From a virus (lineage: Duplodnaviria > Caudoviricetes): 53,002 bases of DNA. The translations under genes were made by a program, and so were the position numbers. The stretch covers positions 1-53,002 of IMG/VR virus record IMGVR_UViG_3300044453_000120; one strand, written 5' to 3'. The notes beneath the pieces are model-generated. The model was given only the letters and a program-made list of their open reading frames with translations, was not told the origin of the DNA and did not search any database. Positions 25,417-34,563 of the stretch are shown in pieces. Numbering within the stretch: the stretch's first letter is position 1; each line of letters begins with the position of its first letter.

Positions 25417-25445
25417 ACTATAATATAGGCTCGCCTATATGTAAA
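25417..25445 (-). promoter_or_regulatory. Promoter with palindromic operator (copy 1)
   Basis: TTTACA-N17-TATAGT; ATATAGGC-N2-GCCTATAT fills the spacer. Confidence 0.75.
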
Positions 25446-25464
25446 GTGATTCAATGAATATTTT

Positions 25465-25668
25465 TTAATCTTTTTTTAATTCTTTTTCCCACGCATCGAA
25501 AGCCGCTATTAATGCAGCTTCTTTCGTTTTTTTCGTTGCTTTGATTATGCTATTAATCTTTGCTAATGCCTCAGCATCTTTAAAGCGTACAGAAGAAAAC
25601 GTAGGTGTTCCTTGTCGTTTTTCGTTCTGCTTTGCGTTAGCGCGTTGCTGTGCTGTTTTTTCAGTCAT
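25465..25668 (-). CDS. Small basic putative DNA-binding protein
   Basis: TAQQRANAKQNEKR followed by a strand-helix-helix-like segment. Confidence 0.55.
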   Translation of the reverse strand: MTEKTAQQRANAKQNEKRQGTPTFSSVRFKDAEALAKINSIIKATKKTKEAALIAAFDAWEKELKKD

Positions 25669-26281
25669 TTGTTACTCTCTTTTTATTTTCTCTATACCAA
25701 CGTCGATAGTACGCGTTCGCCGCTTTTCTGTATCTGATATACGCCTCAGGATCTTCGATTTTTAGCTTTTTAACATACGCAGAGCGCCACAAATTTGTAT
25801 ATTCATTTTGTTTTTTAATCAGCGCTTGACGCTGTTTTTCGGGCAATGCGTTCAAGCGTTTAAGTCGCAGTTGATAACGCTTTTTTTCATACAGTGGATC
25901 AGCTAACTGACGCGCTTTATGTCGTTTTTTATTGTGATCAGGGTCTAGCTCAATGAGCTTGTAATAGCGCTTGCGATGACGCGCTTTTGTTTGATCATGC
26001 TGACATTTGTCAGAGCACGTATTGCGCTTTACGCCCCAATCGTCATTTTCGATTGGAGCACCACAAATAACACATGGGCCGCGCCGACACGTTTTACAAG
26101 CAGGTTTTTGGCCTTTAATTAATGACGCCTGGTCAACTTCTAGCGTTTTACCGCACACGCATTCGCATAGCCAGATTTTTACATTATTGCGTCCGTGTTT
26201 TACTGTGCCGACAAGATGCAGCACAGTAAGCGCGTGGAATTTATAACCCGTATAGTCTGAAAAATTAGACCAATTTTTCAT
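25661..26281 (-). CDS. Cys-rich basic protein (homing-endonuclease-type N-terminal domain plus Zn finger)
   Basis: DYTGYKFHALTV...WLCECVCGK; CVICG...TCSDKC. Confidence 0.65.
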   Translation of the reverse strand: MKNWSNFSDYTGYKFHALTVLHLVGTVKHGRNNVKIWLCECVCGKTLEVDQASLIKGQKPACKTCRRGPCVICGAPIENDDWGVKRNTCSDKCQHDQTKARHRKRYYKLIELDPDHNKKRHKARQLADPLYEKKRYQLRLKRLNALPEKQRQALIKKQNEYTNLWRSAYVKKLKIEDPEAYIRYRKAANAYYRRWYRENKKRVTND

Positions 26282-26534
26282 GGTTAAAGTCGTGATAAAT
26301 AGATTTTATATTCTCGTTAGATAACTCAATTAAACCGTTTTCCAACATAAAATTAGTAGCTTCAATATACGCATTAAATTGAGCTTTATTAACGCCAAAA
26401 TAAAACGATTTACACTTAGCTTTATCACCAATTTTATAATTAACACTGTATCGAGTTAGCAAACCACCTTTATCGTTTTTTGTTGAACCAATGCTCAATT
26501 TTTTGATACCCGTTACGTTCGTTTTTCTAGCCAT
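26265..26534 (-). CDS. AP2-like DNA-binding domain protein
   Basis: NVTGI...YSVNY...KSFYFG...AYIEA. Confidence 0.5.
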   Translation of the reverse strand: MARKTNVTGIKKLSIGSTKNDKGGLLTRYSVNYKIGDKAKCKSFYFGVNKAQFNAYIEATNFMLENGLIELSNENIKSIYHDFNHEKLV

Positions 26535-26575
26535 TATTGCACCAATTCGTAATGTTTAAATACATATATTCACTT

Positions 26576-27013
26576 CTATCTTTTGAAAAGCCTTAAAATG
26601 TGATCAGCTTGGTCTTGAGATACACCCAAAGAAACTTGTAGGTCAATTTGCAAATCTCCATAGCCTTTACCATTTTCAAATGCTGAATTAATGCTATTCG
26701 CCAGCTTTGAGTAATCCTTGTCATCACCGATAATTTGACTAATTGCTTGTCCTTTTTCTATGTCTGATTTTGTTGTTATAATTTTTTTAGGCTTGTCATC
26801 CCCCGCATAAAACTCATTTTCACTAAGTTCAATTGCGAGGTCGGCATACTCCGCTTCAATAGTTCTCCATTTTTTAGCATTACTTACTTTTGCATTAATT
26901 TCATTTACAAGTGTTTTGCCTTGACGAAACCAAGCGACCCTAACTGACGCGCCTGACTTATACGTTTCTGATGTTGTAGCAATCACTTTGTTATCTTTGA
27001 TTAAATATGACAT
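26576..27013 (-). CDS. Hypothetical protein
   Basis: AAGGA RBS; first gene after promoter copy 2. Confidence 0.65.
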   Translation of the reverse strand: MSYLIKDNKVIATTSETYKSGASVRVAWFRQGKTLVNEINAKVSNAKKWRTIEAEYADLAIELSENEFYAGDDKPKKIITTKSDIEKGQAISQIIGDDKDYSKLANSINSAFENGKGYGDLQIDLQVSLGVSQDQADHILRLFKR

Positions 27014-27120
27014 TACTTTATTCCTTTTTTGATTAGCGTCAAAGCTACCTGTTTTGTTGTAAAAAAATATTTCAATGGAGGTCGAAGCCCCTAGAAAGTT
27101 AATTTCTTAACTTGGAACTA

Positions 27121-27149
27121 ACTATAATATAGGCGTGCCTATATGTAAA
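27121..27149 (-). promoter_or_regulatory. Promoter with palindromic operator (copy 2)
   Basis: Same TTTACA-N17-TATAGT and ATATAGGC-N2-GCCTATAT as 25417-25445. Confidence 0.75.
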
Positions 27150-27280
27150 GTAAATAAATGGATAATTTTTAATCTTTTTTTACTTTTATTCAAAATATCG
27201 CGCCAGCCCTTTAAAAATGGGCAATATTGAAAAGGTATGAGTGACAAAATCACAATAGCAAAGTACTTTTAACTCACTTA

Positions 27281-27300
27281 TACTGTATATATGAACAGTA
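27281..27300. promoter_or_regulatory. LexA (SOS) box
   Basis: TACTGTATATATGAACAGTA (CTGT-N8-ACAG) directly upstream of the umuD-like gene. Confidence 0.9.
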
Positions 27301-27317
27301 TAAGTGGGATCAATTTT

Positions 27318-27731
27318 ATGAAAGTCATTCCAATCAAAGCGCAAGCTGGCATTACAGGCTTTGAGTCTCCGGCCTCAGAATATAAAGAACTTGGGTTATC
27401 TTTAGATCAGTTGCTGGTCAAGCATCCACACTTTACTTTTTTCGGACTGGCGTCTGGCGATTCGATGCAAGGCGTTGGGATTTTTGATGGGGATATACTT
27501 TTAGTAGACAGAGCTGTCACGGCACAACAAAACGATGTGATCGTTGCCAATTACAACAATGAATTTGTGTGTAAACTGCTAGATATTCAGCATCGAGTTT
27601 TGAGATCAGCCTCTCCGATTTACGCCCCGGTTAACATTGGCGAATGCGATAACTTTCAGCTAGAAGGCGTTGTGATCTCTTCTGTGCGCTTGTTTCGAAA
27701 CAATTCAAGCTTGCAAAGAAAAATGAGTTAA
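27318..27731 (+). CDS. umuD: UmuD-like S24 peptidase (no umuC present)
   Basis: QAGITGFESPA, SGDSM (Ser), GDILLVDR, FVCK (Lys); no HTH. Confidence 0.85.
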   Translation: MKVIPIKAQAGITGFESPASEYKELGLSLDQLLVKHPHFTFFGLASGDSMQGVGIFDGDILLVDRAVTAQQNDVIVANYNNEFVCKLLDIQHRVLRSASPIYAPVNIGECDNFQLEGVVISSVRLFRNNSSLQRKMS

Positions 27732-27743
27732 TGCCTAGCACTT

Positions 27744-28010
27744 TTATTTCTTTTTTGCTTGCGCGTAGCTGTTCACTTTTATCGCAGGCTTGTCTTTAAC
27801 GGGCCGACTACGCTTTAAGTCTGACCACTCTACGGCGCTGTCAAACTGGCTACCAAAATGCGCGTAGGCATTGCTACCCGTTGTACCCCCCGCGCGGATT
27901 TTTTGGGTGTGGCCCCGCTCAAAGTCGTTGTACTCGGCTGAATCTATTTCGTAGGGGTTGTCAGAATACGCGCGGGCGCGCCGCCCCTGGTCATAAGCTT
28001 TTGTTACCAC
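27744..28010 (-). CDS. Hypothetical protein
   Basis: AAGGA RBS; AYDQGRRA..NPY..EYNDFERG. Confidence 0.6.
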   Translation of the reverse strand: MVTKAYDQGRRARAYSDNPYEIDSAEYNDFERGHTQKIRAGGTTGSNAYAHFGSQFDSAVEWSDLKRSRPVKDKPAIKVNSYAQAKKK

Positions 28011-28099
28011 GGCTGATAGTCCTTATCGCTTTACTGATAAATTTGTTGCGACTTACTTTAAAAGAACGGTCATAAAAACACCAGCGTTGTGTGAAGAAA

Positions 28100-28690
28100 T
28101 AGCGCAAGCAATTGCATAGCCCCCGCAGTATCAACGGGCACTCAATGGCCGCAGGCCATGAAAGGGCAGCGCCCGCAACCCTATGCGATGCGGTTAATTG
28201 GCCTCAATGTGAACGGGCAAAACAGCGCAAGCTTGGAATACAGATTGCAATTGCCCCCTTGATAAACCCAAAAATGCACTAGGACTAAGGCCACACAAAG
28301 GATAAGTGGTGTATTAAAGCTAAGAACGGGGCAGGGGAGCCCCAGCAACGTCTTTTTGTTGCTAGATGGGCTACATCATTCAATGATACCGCCACGGGCG
28401 TTAGCCCGTCGAGGCGGATTTCATTTATACACAGCTTGCTGTGCGTATCAATAAATTAGTTGTATTTAGTTAGCTGTAAATAATTTTGCACTTTATAACA
28501 GTGCGCAGGCACTTTATAAAAAAGACGTTTGCACTTTAACTGTATAAGTCACTGGCGCATGATGCTTTTAGGGGGAGTTTAGCTAGGGGGTGTGGATAAC
28601 ATCGCTATAAAGCCGCTGGGCAGCGCTGACAGGGGGCTATTTTTAAAAGGCAGGCAGCACAAAAGCCACGCGGTTGCGTGGTTGTCATGG
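28100..28690. other. Putative origin of the IncFII-like replicon (downstream of rep)
   Basis: DnaA boxes TGTGGATAA at 28591-28599 and TTATACACA at 28425-28433; GCACTTTA repeats at 28488, 28509 and 28531; AT-rich tract; several GC hairpins (ssi-like). Confidence 0.6.
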
Positions 28691-28702
28691 CCGTTAGAAT
28701 AA

Positions 28703-29593
28703 TTATGCGGGCGTTGGGGTGAGTAATCGCCTGATCAGCGCCACTTCCTGATTGACTTCTTGACTAAATTCTTGATCAGATAAATGCTTAACCTGCGCTC
28801 CTAAGCGTTTGATCACGCGCTCTGTGGCCACTGCGCGTTGCTCTGCTGGGGTTTTATTTAATGCTTGACGCTTAAGCTTTGACAGCGCTTGTTTGCTTGC
28901 GCGGCGCTCAAAAATAGTCCGCGCGTAAACATGGCGGGCAATGCGTTTAATCTCGGCCAAGGGCGTATTTGCAAGCTGCTGCTCTGTGAGCCCTAAATAC
29001 TGCTTTTTAGCTAGGTACTTAAGGCGCGCTTGGCGCTGACGTTCAACGCGCTCTGGGGTGATCCCAAGCGCTTTGAAAAACAGTGGCGTGAGTTCAAATA
29101 TTTTGTCTATCCAGTGGTGGGCGGCTTTGTCCCAAATTTGCCAGCTTTGCGGGGCATTTACCCACCCTAACTCGCACATGTCTTTAAATGCGCGGGTGGC
29201 GCGGGTGATGTTGGGGCGCGGGGTGTATGTTGGATCGGCTTCGGCTTTGTCTTTTTCACGCTGTGATATAGTGCTTAAACCGCACAAGTCGGCGGCGTTG
29301 CGCAGGGAAATTTGCACTTGCCCGGTGATCACGTTGTAATACTCTGCAAAACACGACACCAGCGCTTTAATTGCGTTGGCGCGATCTTTATAAAAGGCTT
29401 TTTTTCGGTCGTTGTTACTGCGGGCCCATTGCGCTACATCTGATAAGAGCACGTTAACTTCTTGACTTTTTTTAACTACGTCTTTGAGAAACGCCAAGCG
29501 ACTAACGTGCGTTGGCGGCACGTCAAAGCGCGGGTTGGGGTTCGCGACTTGATTGCAATAATCTACCGACCCCCGTCTTTTTGTTGTTTTCAT
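28703..29593 (-). CDS. Plasmid replication initiator, IncFII RepA-like
   Basis: QVANPNPRF, RANAIKAL, AADLCGLST, NITRATRAF, ELTPLFFKALGI, ERQRQARL resemble IncFII RepA. Confidence 0.8.
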   Translation of the reverse strand: MKTTKRRGSVDYCNQVANPNPRFDVPPTHVSRLAFLKDVVKKSQEVNVLLSDVAQWARSNNDRKKAFYKDRANAIKALVSCFAEYYNVITGQVQISLRNAADLCGLSTISQREKDKAEADPTYTPRPNITRATRAFKDMCELGWVNAPQSWQIWDKAAHHWIDKIFELTPLFFKALGITPERVERQRQARLKYLAKKQYLGLTEQQLANTPLAEIKRIARHVYARTIFERRASKQALSKLKRQALNKTPAEQRAVATERVIKRLGAQVKHLSDQEFSQEVNQEVALIRRLLTPTPA

Positions 29594-29647
29594 AAAAATC
29601 CTTTGCAAAAATTTGCAAAGCACGGGCGACCCACGTAAACTTAGAAA

Positions 29648-29722
29648 TGTCTGCGGTTCCTAAGCACTTGTTGTTTTTGTGGGTCGCTTTAAAAACCAAC
29701 TTTTGGCGAAGTTGGTTTTTTT
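29648..29722 (+). ncRNA. CopA/Inc-like antisense RNA (about 75 nt)
   Basis: Promoter TTGCAA-N17-TAAACT at 29613-29641; 12-bp stem AAAAACCAACTT/AAGTTGGTTTTT with TTGGCG loop and T-tail; antisense to the rep leader. Confidence 0.75.
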
Positions 29723-29858
29723 GTGCCTGCGATTTATCAATCATACCCTAAATTTGCCGCCGGTTTGTCGAACGACAGCAAAGAGTATATATCACTATTC
29801 GGGATAAAATCCATAAATTCAGATCAATTTATTTTTGGTGTGAACACATCAGCGGCTT

Positions 29859-30602
29859 TTATTTAGCCCCCCACAGTGCTGTTTGTGCTTGTCCTGCGGC
29901 TTTACACGCCGCCAATAACTGCGCTTTACTTACACTGACAACACGGTTATCGGCCAACACCCACAAGGTGCTTTCCGTGTCGTCCATAACCAGCGCCGCA
30001 CGAGCCATGCGGGTTTGTGCGACCTCATCGCCATCAAACACCATGCCGTCTACTTCAACGGTAATGGCCGCAACGTCAATAGCACGCTGCGCTTTAAAGC
30101 GTTCACGTTTGACTTGTTCAATGTGTTCAGTGCTGTGCGCCTCAGTGGCAGGGTGGTGATAGGCAATTAATGCCTCGTCGTCATACAACACTTTTGCGGG
30201 GGCTGCTTCGGTGGTGAGTGCCAAATCAACGGTCACATATTCAGCCTGATAACAGGCGCGGCGCAGTGCTAAATCAATCACCGGCTCTGCGGGTAATTCG
30301 GGTACTGGCTTTAGGTCTTCTGGGTTTGCTTCATTGTGTGCGTTGGCCGCCTCAATTGCTTGCTGCACCTGTTCACATTCAATGACCCAGTTTGCATGGG
30401 CGTCATCAAAGGTGGTTTGCTCATGTGCCATGGCCGCTATGAGGGCTTCATTAATTTGCGCTTGCGGGTGACGCAGCGCAATTTTGGTGTGTACATCTTG
30501 GTAAGTGACGACCGGCTGTTGGGCTGGTTCGTTGTTGTTAAATTCTTCCATAGCTACGTTTGTTACTTCATTCATTGCTGGGTTAGTTTGTTCTTGTGCC
30601 AT
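29859..30602 (-). CDS. Tail fibre-associated protein (DUF4376-like C-terminus)
   Basis: ITVEVDGMVFDGDEVAQTRM...WVLADN. Confidence 0.75.
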   Translation of the reverse strand: MAQEQTNPAMNEVTNVAMEEFNNNEPAQQPVVTYQDVHTKIALRHPQAQINEALIAAMAHEQTTFDDAHANWVIECEQVQQAIEAANAHNEANPEDLKPVPELPAEPVIDLALRRACYQAEYVTVDLALTTEAAPAKVLYDDEALIAYHHPATEAHSTEHIEQVKRERFKAQRAIDVAAITVEVDGMVFDGDEVAQTRMARAALVMDDTESTLWVLADNRVVSVSKAQLLAACKAAGQAQTALWGAK

Positions 30603-30611
30603 GAGCGTTCC

Positions 30612-33446
30612 TTAGTCGTTGTGCGCTATACCAACTGGGATTTGCGTATGGTGGCAGAATACTTTCACCGTATTGCCGTTGAGGTCGATTTTGACGTTTT
30701 CGCCATCAATAATAGGGATGGTTTGGTCATCGCCCCATCCATGTTCATCTTGTAAAAACACATAATTATATTGGGTATTTGTTGACCCTCTAATCCCCGT
30801 ATTGTCTATCGAATACCCTTGGTGATTTATTGCCGTGGTAGTGGCTCCAGACACACGTTGAATTAACCGACCTTTTAAAGGTCCATCTGTGAGTTTGAAC
30901 ACTTGATAGGTTTGTTTTTCAATGGTTGACGTTTCAGATAGCGCTGTGATTTCTTGTGGGTCATAGCGTAATTCAGCACCGTGAAGCTGCAAATAATACA
31001 AGCCATTTTTTTCGGTGATGGTTGAGAGTGTTTTAACGGCGGGTGAATTGTTGCCTTGCGGGGCAAGAGGCACTTCACCTGTCTTCACTGGGTAGTTACT
31101 TAATTCACTAAACTGCCCATTATCTATCCTATACCCTCCTAAGTTAGGCACAAAGACATGTGCTGGGTTTGCTGTGGCCTTACCGATTTCACCCGTTAAT
31201 GACCCCTGTAACCTATTACCACACACTGACTTGGAATGGGTCGTGTAGTACACATCATCTACATCACCCACAACAACCGCGTTGTTAGAAGGTTCTGTGA
31301 AGTTTGAGAGAGTTTCGTAATTAATAAGTGCAACAGTATTTGCACCAGAATTAACAGGGACCGTATTGCCTATCTGTTCAAAGGTTGCTGTTGATGAAGT
31401 CCAGCTTTGGCCATCATCTGTTGTAAACACCCTATTCCCAACCGATACATTCGATTTTTTATTGAGACCGATTGTACTAGAGTCTTCATGAACCTCAGGA
31501 ATCCACTGTCCAACCACCCCATCGGGGAACGTAGCTGCGATTCGTTCTGGGTGGCCGATAATATCTACCCAAGGGAGTGAGTCAAATTCTGGGGATAGGT
31601 AATTTTCACTATCTATAATATGAACAGAATCTCCGACAGTAAAATCTGCTTCAAACGCATTGTTAAAGTAGATAAACATCGTAGGACCAAAATTAACAAA
31701 AGCCGCCTTGTTTGTGACAAAATCAGTTATACCATTTTTAATATGCACATTGTAATTCGGGTAGTAAGGCCTAGGGGAAATTCCTAAATCTGCTTTATTT
31801 ATATTAATTCCGACAACATCTTTTATTCTCAAGCGTGAATTTTCAGAATCTAATCGTGTGTATTCTTCAACAACACCTGTGCCAATTTTAGTAAAAGGCA
31901 CTTTACCCTTACCTCGCAAAGTACCCACAACCGCTTTACGTATACTGTCTTCACGGAGTTTATTCACATCAAGTTTGTTGGCATTGAGGCGTAAGTCTTC
32001 AACTTGGCCTGCGTAGATGGTGTTGTAGAAACTGTATTGGTCAGAGCGTCCTGTACCAATTCCACCAATCCTACCATAACGAGGGTCTATAGGGGTTTTT
32101 GAGAAACAATCAGATTGCGAAGTTATTATTAGGCGATTAGGATCTGACGAAAACCACATCACTCCAAATTGGTCATTAGACTTACCTACCTGATTACACC
32201 CCATCGGATTATAACTTGGATGATAAGCGCCTTGGTTCATACGCTGGACGAGGGCGATGGGGATTGCTTTACCCTCATAAGCGACCCCACTAAAGCCCTC
32301 ACACCAAAGCCCAGGCTCTCCTGAACTAGCACCATCGGACCTAAAATTTCCATAGAGGACTCTATAGCCCGTTATAGATAAATAATAATCATCACTATTG
32401 GTGGATGATCCTCTGTACTTAACAAAATCACGGGGATTTTCACTGTAACGCATGACCATTGCTGATTCAGGGCTCTTCCAGTACCAATCATCCCCTTTAC
32501 CTTCAACAACCCGTATTCTGTAACGCACTTGAATATACGCATTAGCTTGCGGGTCAAAGTAAATATTATGTTCGGGCTCACTTAAAAACAGCGCTTTTTG
32601 TGCATCTGTTAATGATGACCATTTTGCGCCATAGCCCTTGGTGTTTTCGTCCCACTCACCAAAGGCGGAATAGCCTTGTGCCACCAAGTTATTGAGTAGC
32701 GTCACGCCTTCATATCTGCTTGCGCCGTATTGCACGTTGCCCAGCGGATACACCACGTCTTTGTCGGCAATTTTTTCATGCCATGACTCTAAAAACACCA
32801 GGTCTTTACGCGAGGTAATGACTTTATTGGTGGCCGTTTCAGCGGCGAATGCCACCTCAGCGTTGGCGTGTTGCGTGACTGTGCCTGTGGCCGAGTCATA
32901 GGTTTTAGTGCCGTCTGGGGCGGGTGGAAAGTAAATGTCATTGTCAATCTTGGAGGTTGTTTTAATAAAACTGAGCTTATGTTTAACCCCATCAATTAAG
33001 CACTCTGGTGTAAGCGTGCGAGAACTTCCTTCTGGCGTGTGTGTAGCTGGACCAAGCACGAGACGCGTTTGCCCAAAGGCTCCCATTCCTTCATTAATTA
33101 CCTTAGACATACTTCTATTATTTTTCCCCCACTCAACAAACCCACTCCCAGCATATTGTTGTTTGCGCAACTCACGCAGTGCATCAAACTGGGCTTTGGT
33201 CATGGTGTGTGGATGCGGGTTTACACTTTGCGCTTGCTCTATCAATGTTTTGAGCGTGGGCGTTGGGTGTTTGTTGCCTTGTTGGTCTGTGAGTTCCACC
33301 GTACCTTGCTGGGTCTGCCAGTCTGTCATGGCTTGCGTGTTGTTTGCTAATGCGTCATACGTGCCTTGGTACTTTTCGTTAAGCTGCGTGTGTTTTTGTG
33401 TTACCTCGTTTAATGCATCGACTGCATTGATAAGTTCGGTAGTCAT
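30612..33446 (-). CDS. Tail fibre / receptor-binding protein
   Basis: 944 aa; end of the tail module, upstream of a fibre-chaperone-like gene. Confidence 0.7.
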   Translation of the reverse strand: MTTELINAVDALNEVTQKHTQLNEKYQGTYDALANNTQAMTDWQTQQGTVELTDQQGNKHPTPTLKTLIEQAQSVNPHPHTMTKAQFDALRELRKQQYAGSGFVEWGKNNRSMSKVINEGMGAFGQTRLVLGPATHTPEGSSRTLTPECLIDGVKHKLSFIKTTSKIDNDIYFPPAPDGTKTYDSATGTVTQHANAEVAFAAETATNKVITSRKDLVFLESWHEKIADKDVVYPLGNVQYGASRYEGVTLLNNLVAQGYSAFGEWDENTKGYGAKWSSLTDAQKALFLSEPEHNIYFDPQANAYIQVRYRIRVVEGKGDDWYWKSPESAMVMRYSENPRDFVKYRGSSTNSDDYYLSITGYRVLYGNFRSDGASSGEPGLWCEGFSGVAYEGKAIPIALVQRMNQGAYHPSYNPMGCNQVGKSNDQFGVMWFSSDPNRLIITSQSDCFSKTPIDPRYGRIGGIGTGRSDQYSFYNTIYAGQVEDLRLNANKLDVNKLREDSIRKAVVGTLRGKGKVPFTKIGTGVVEEYTRLDSENSRLRIKDVVGININKADLGISPRPYYPNYNVHIKNGITDFVTNKAAFVNFGPTMFIYFNNAFEADFTVGDSVHIIDSENYLSPEFDSLPWVDIIGHPERIAATFPDGVVGQWIPEVHEDSSTIGLNKKSNVSVGNRVFTTDDGQSWTSSTATFEQIGNTVPVNSGANTVALINYETLSNFTEPSNNAVVVGDVDDVYYTTHSKSVCGNRLQGSLTGEIGKATANPAHVFVPNLGGYRIDNGQFSELSNYPVKTGEVPLAPQGNNSPAVKTLSTITEKNGLYYLQLHGAELRYDPQEITALSETSTIEKQTYQVFKLTDGPLKGRLIQRVSGATTTAINHQGYSIDNTGIRGSTNTQYNYVFLQDEHGWGDDQTIPIIDGENVKIDLNGNTVKVFCHHTQIPVGIAHND

Positions 33447-33481
33447 AATGTGCCTTTGTATTTTTCTGTATTTACTAAAAT

Positions 33482-34561
33482 TTAAACTGGGAATAATTGG
33501 TTGATTTGCTGCGCTGTAAGCGTGTTATTCAATGCTGCATTGAGTGCCGTGTTTAGCTTGGTGTTTTGCTGTACAAGCGTATTAATACTGAGCGCGCACA
33601 ACGCCGCGTTTGCTTTACTGTGCAGTGCATCTAATGATGTTTGTGCGCTTGCTGTGTTGACAACTTGAGCTTGAGCATTGATTGCTTGCTCTGCGCTCGC
33701 AACGCTATTACTTAAAGATTGGCCCAAGGCGTTGAGGTCATTTTTGACCTGTTCAATGTTTGTTTTATCCTCGTCTACTTGGGCGATGGCGGCGGTACAA
33801 ATGGCGGCTGCGGCGTGACTGTGGGTTTTGTCGAGGCTCACCATTTCAGCGGCTTGCGTCACACTTTGTTTAAGTTCAAACACCGTTTGTGTATGCGCTG
33901 CGATTTGCTCAGCATGTGCGTGTACGTCACTTACTTTTGCCATAACCTCATTATGTGTAAGCACAATTTCATCGTGCTTGGTAATGACGTTGTTATTCGC
34001 ATTTATAACTTGCGGATAAACGGCATCAAAGGCATTTATACGCGGTGCAACGCTCGCTAAGCTTTGCTTGTTGCTTGCTATTTCTTGCGCCATATTTTCC
34101 AAATCGCTGCTGGCAGTTAGAGCCACTTGCGCGAGTTCGGCTATTTTAGTGGGCGTGGGAATGTTTGTGGCTTCACCTAAAAAATTGGTAATAGCGTAAG
34201 TGTCGGCGGGGCTTGCAAACCAACCGGTTAACTCACTTTCGCGCCTATGCCATTTGGCTTGTAGCTCTGCAATGCCCTTAGCCAGTTTCGCGGGAGTTGT
34301 TGCTGCAAAGTTTTGCACTAAGCCGTAGCCAATGTTGTTGGCATTGGTTGCGGGATTAAACGTGGTGCCATCGAGCATACTGGCTTTTATTTGTGTATCG
34401 CTGATAACCTCAACCACTTGCAAAATGTGGTCTTGATCATCAATACGGAAGTACAGCAAATCGCCGTTTTGGGCTTTAGCCACACGCTCAAATAGCGTGT
34501 TAGTGCCTGTAATAATAGGGCTGTGTTGTTGTATTGAGATTGTGCCGATTGAGTAAGCCAT
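33482..34561 (-). CDS. Tail fibre proximal protein (coiled coil)
   Basis: YSIGTISI...ITGTNTLF N-terminal anchor; Ala-rich coiled coil. Confidence 0.7.
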   Translation of the reverse strand: MAYSIGTISIQQHSPIITGTNTLFERVAKAQNGDLLYFRIDDQDHILQVVEVISDTQIKASMLDGTTFNPATNANNIGYGLVQNFAATTPAKLAKGIAELQAKWHRRESELTGWFASPADTYAITNFLGEATNIPTPTKIAELAQVALTASSDLENMAQEIASNKQSLASVAPRINAFDAVYPQVINANNNVITKHDEIVLTHNEVMAKVSDVHAHAEQIAAHTQTVFELKQSVTQAAEMVSLDKTHSHAAAAICTAAIAQVDEDKTNIEQVKNDLNALGQSLSNSVASAEQAINAQAQVVNTASAQTSLDALHSKANAALCALSINTLVQQNTKLNTALNAALNNTLTAQQINQLFPV

Positions 34562-34563
34562 GG

